Part shown: positions 63,801-64,000 of the stretch, piece by piece
Layout of the letters: every line of letters starts with the position of its first letter
Position numbering within the stretch: the first letter of the stretch is position 1
DNA from: Amoebophrya sp. A120
Taxonomy: Eukaryota > Protista > Dinoflagellata
Direction: 5' to 3'
Length of the DNA stretch: 64,000 bases
NCBI GenBank assembly: GCA_905178155.1
Contig: CAJINV010000014.1
Coordinates: forward strand, 654,116 to 718,115
Notes under the pieces: generated by a model
What the model was told of the DNA's origin: nothing
The model's input: only the letters and a program-made list of their open reading frames with translations
The model's database searches: none
Made by a program: the position numbers and the translations under genes

Positions 63801-64000
63801 GCGCGGTGGTGGTGCAAGAGAGTTTCTTCGCTCGTGCACAGGTCGTCGTCTCTACTTCGGACGTAGTCTTCAGCTTGTCGCTCAACCTGATCGCCGGGGT
63901 CTCCTGTGCCGTTCCAACACCGCCTGCTTCGTCGGGCGAGACCGAGAGTGTAGCTGCCGTTCCAGCTTCTGCATGACAAAGTTCATGGTCTGATTCCGTG
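60884..64000 (-). CDS. Membrane protein with Gly/Ala-rich hydrophobic helices and a C-terminal J-domain (5' end outside the window)
   Basis: TLGLPQQFDEQLLNTRYRTLARYTHPDRNKSADAKQMFELIQLAREI (HPD motif); upstream GMGAAACILGASLGWSPALCAILGCFVGSGVA; four elements removed in frame. Confidence 0.75.
61366..61511. mobile_element. Introner family B
   Basis: TSD AATCC, frame restored. Confidence 0.9.
61968..62229. mobile_element. Introner family A
   Basis: TSD CCCCG, frame restored. Confidence 0.9.
62930..63300. mobile_element. Introner family C, diverged
   Basis: TSD AGACG/AGATG, frame restored. Confidence 0.8.
63422..63682. mobile_element. Introner family D, diverged
   Basis: TSD TGCGT, frame restored. 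Confidence 0.82.

Noticed and set aside
220-63993. Plus-strand ORFs and recurring short peptides such as FQTQTFLHLI, LPDPDIFA, CKSIALV and GVGTFL
   Set aside because: They are antisense shadows of GC-rich exons or translations of the element TIRs, not protein repeats.

Overview
Eukaryotic, gene-dense window with about 9-10 multi-exon genes, all on the minus strand. The gene families and intron type point to a dinoflagellate-lineage genome, most likely the Syndiniales parasite Amoebophrya (my inference). The dominant signal is about 60 short (146-371 bp) non-autonomous elements inserted in coding exons. They have terminal inverted repeats (TIRs) of the form TAT...ATA and 5-bp target-site duplications (TSDs), and fall into about 11 TIR families, labelled A-K here for convenience. 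Where I checked by hand, removing the element plus one TSD copy rejoins the flanking ORFs in frame, so they behave as introns (introners). Most cannot give GT-AG ends, the same family occurs in both orientations within one gene, and most families, although otherwise dissimilar, share an internal GCATNACA/TGTNATGC motif. Genes reconstructed after removal: a giant C2/Zn-finger/TM protein, a small type-I membrane protein, a Cys-repeat/mucin surface protein with repeated helical tail motifs, a DWDDT HAD-family protein, a dinoflagellate-type secreted coiled-coil protein, three uncharacterised proteins, and a J-domain membrane protein. I saw no transposase, rRNA, tRNA or CRISPR array. Coordinates were counted by hand and may be off by a few bases.
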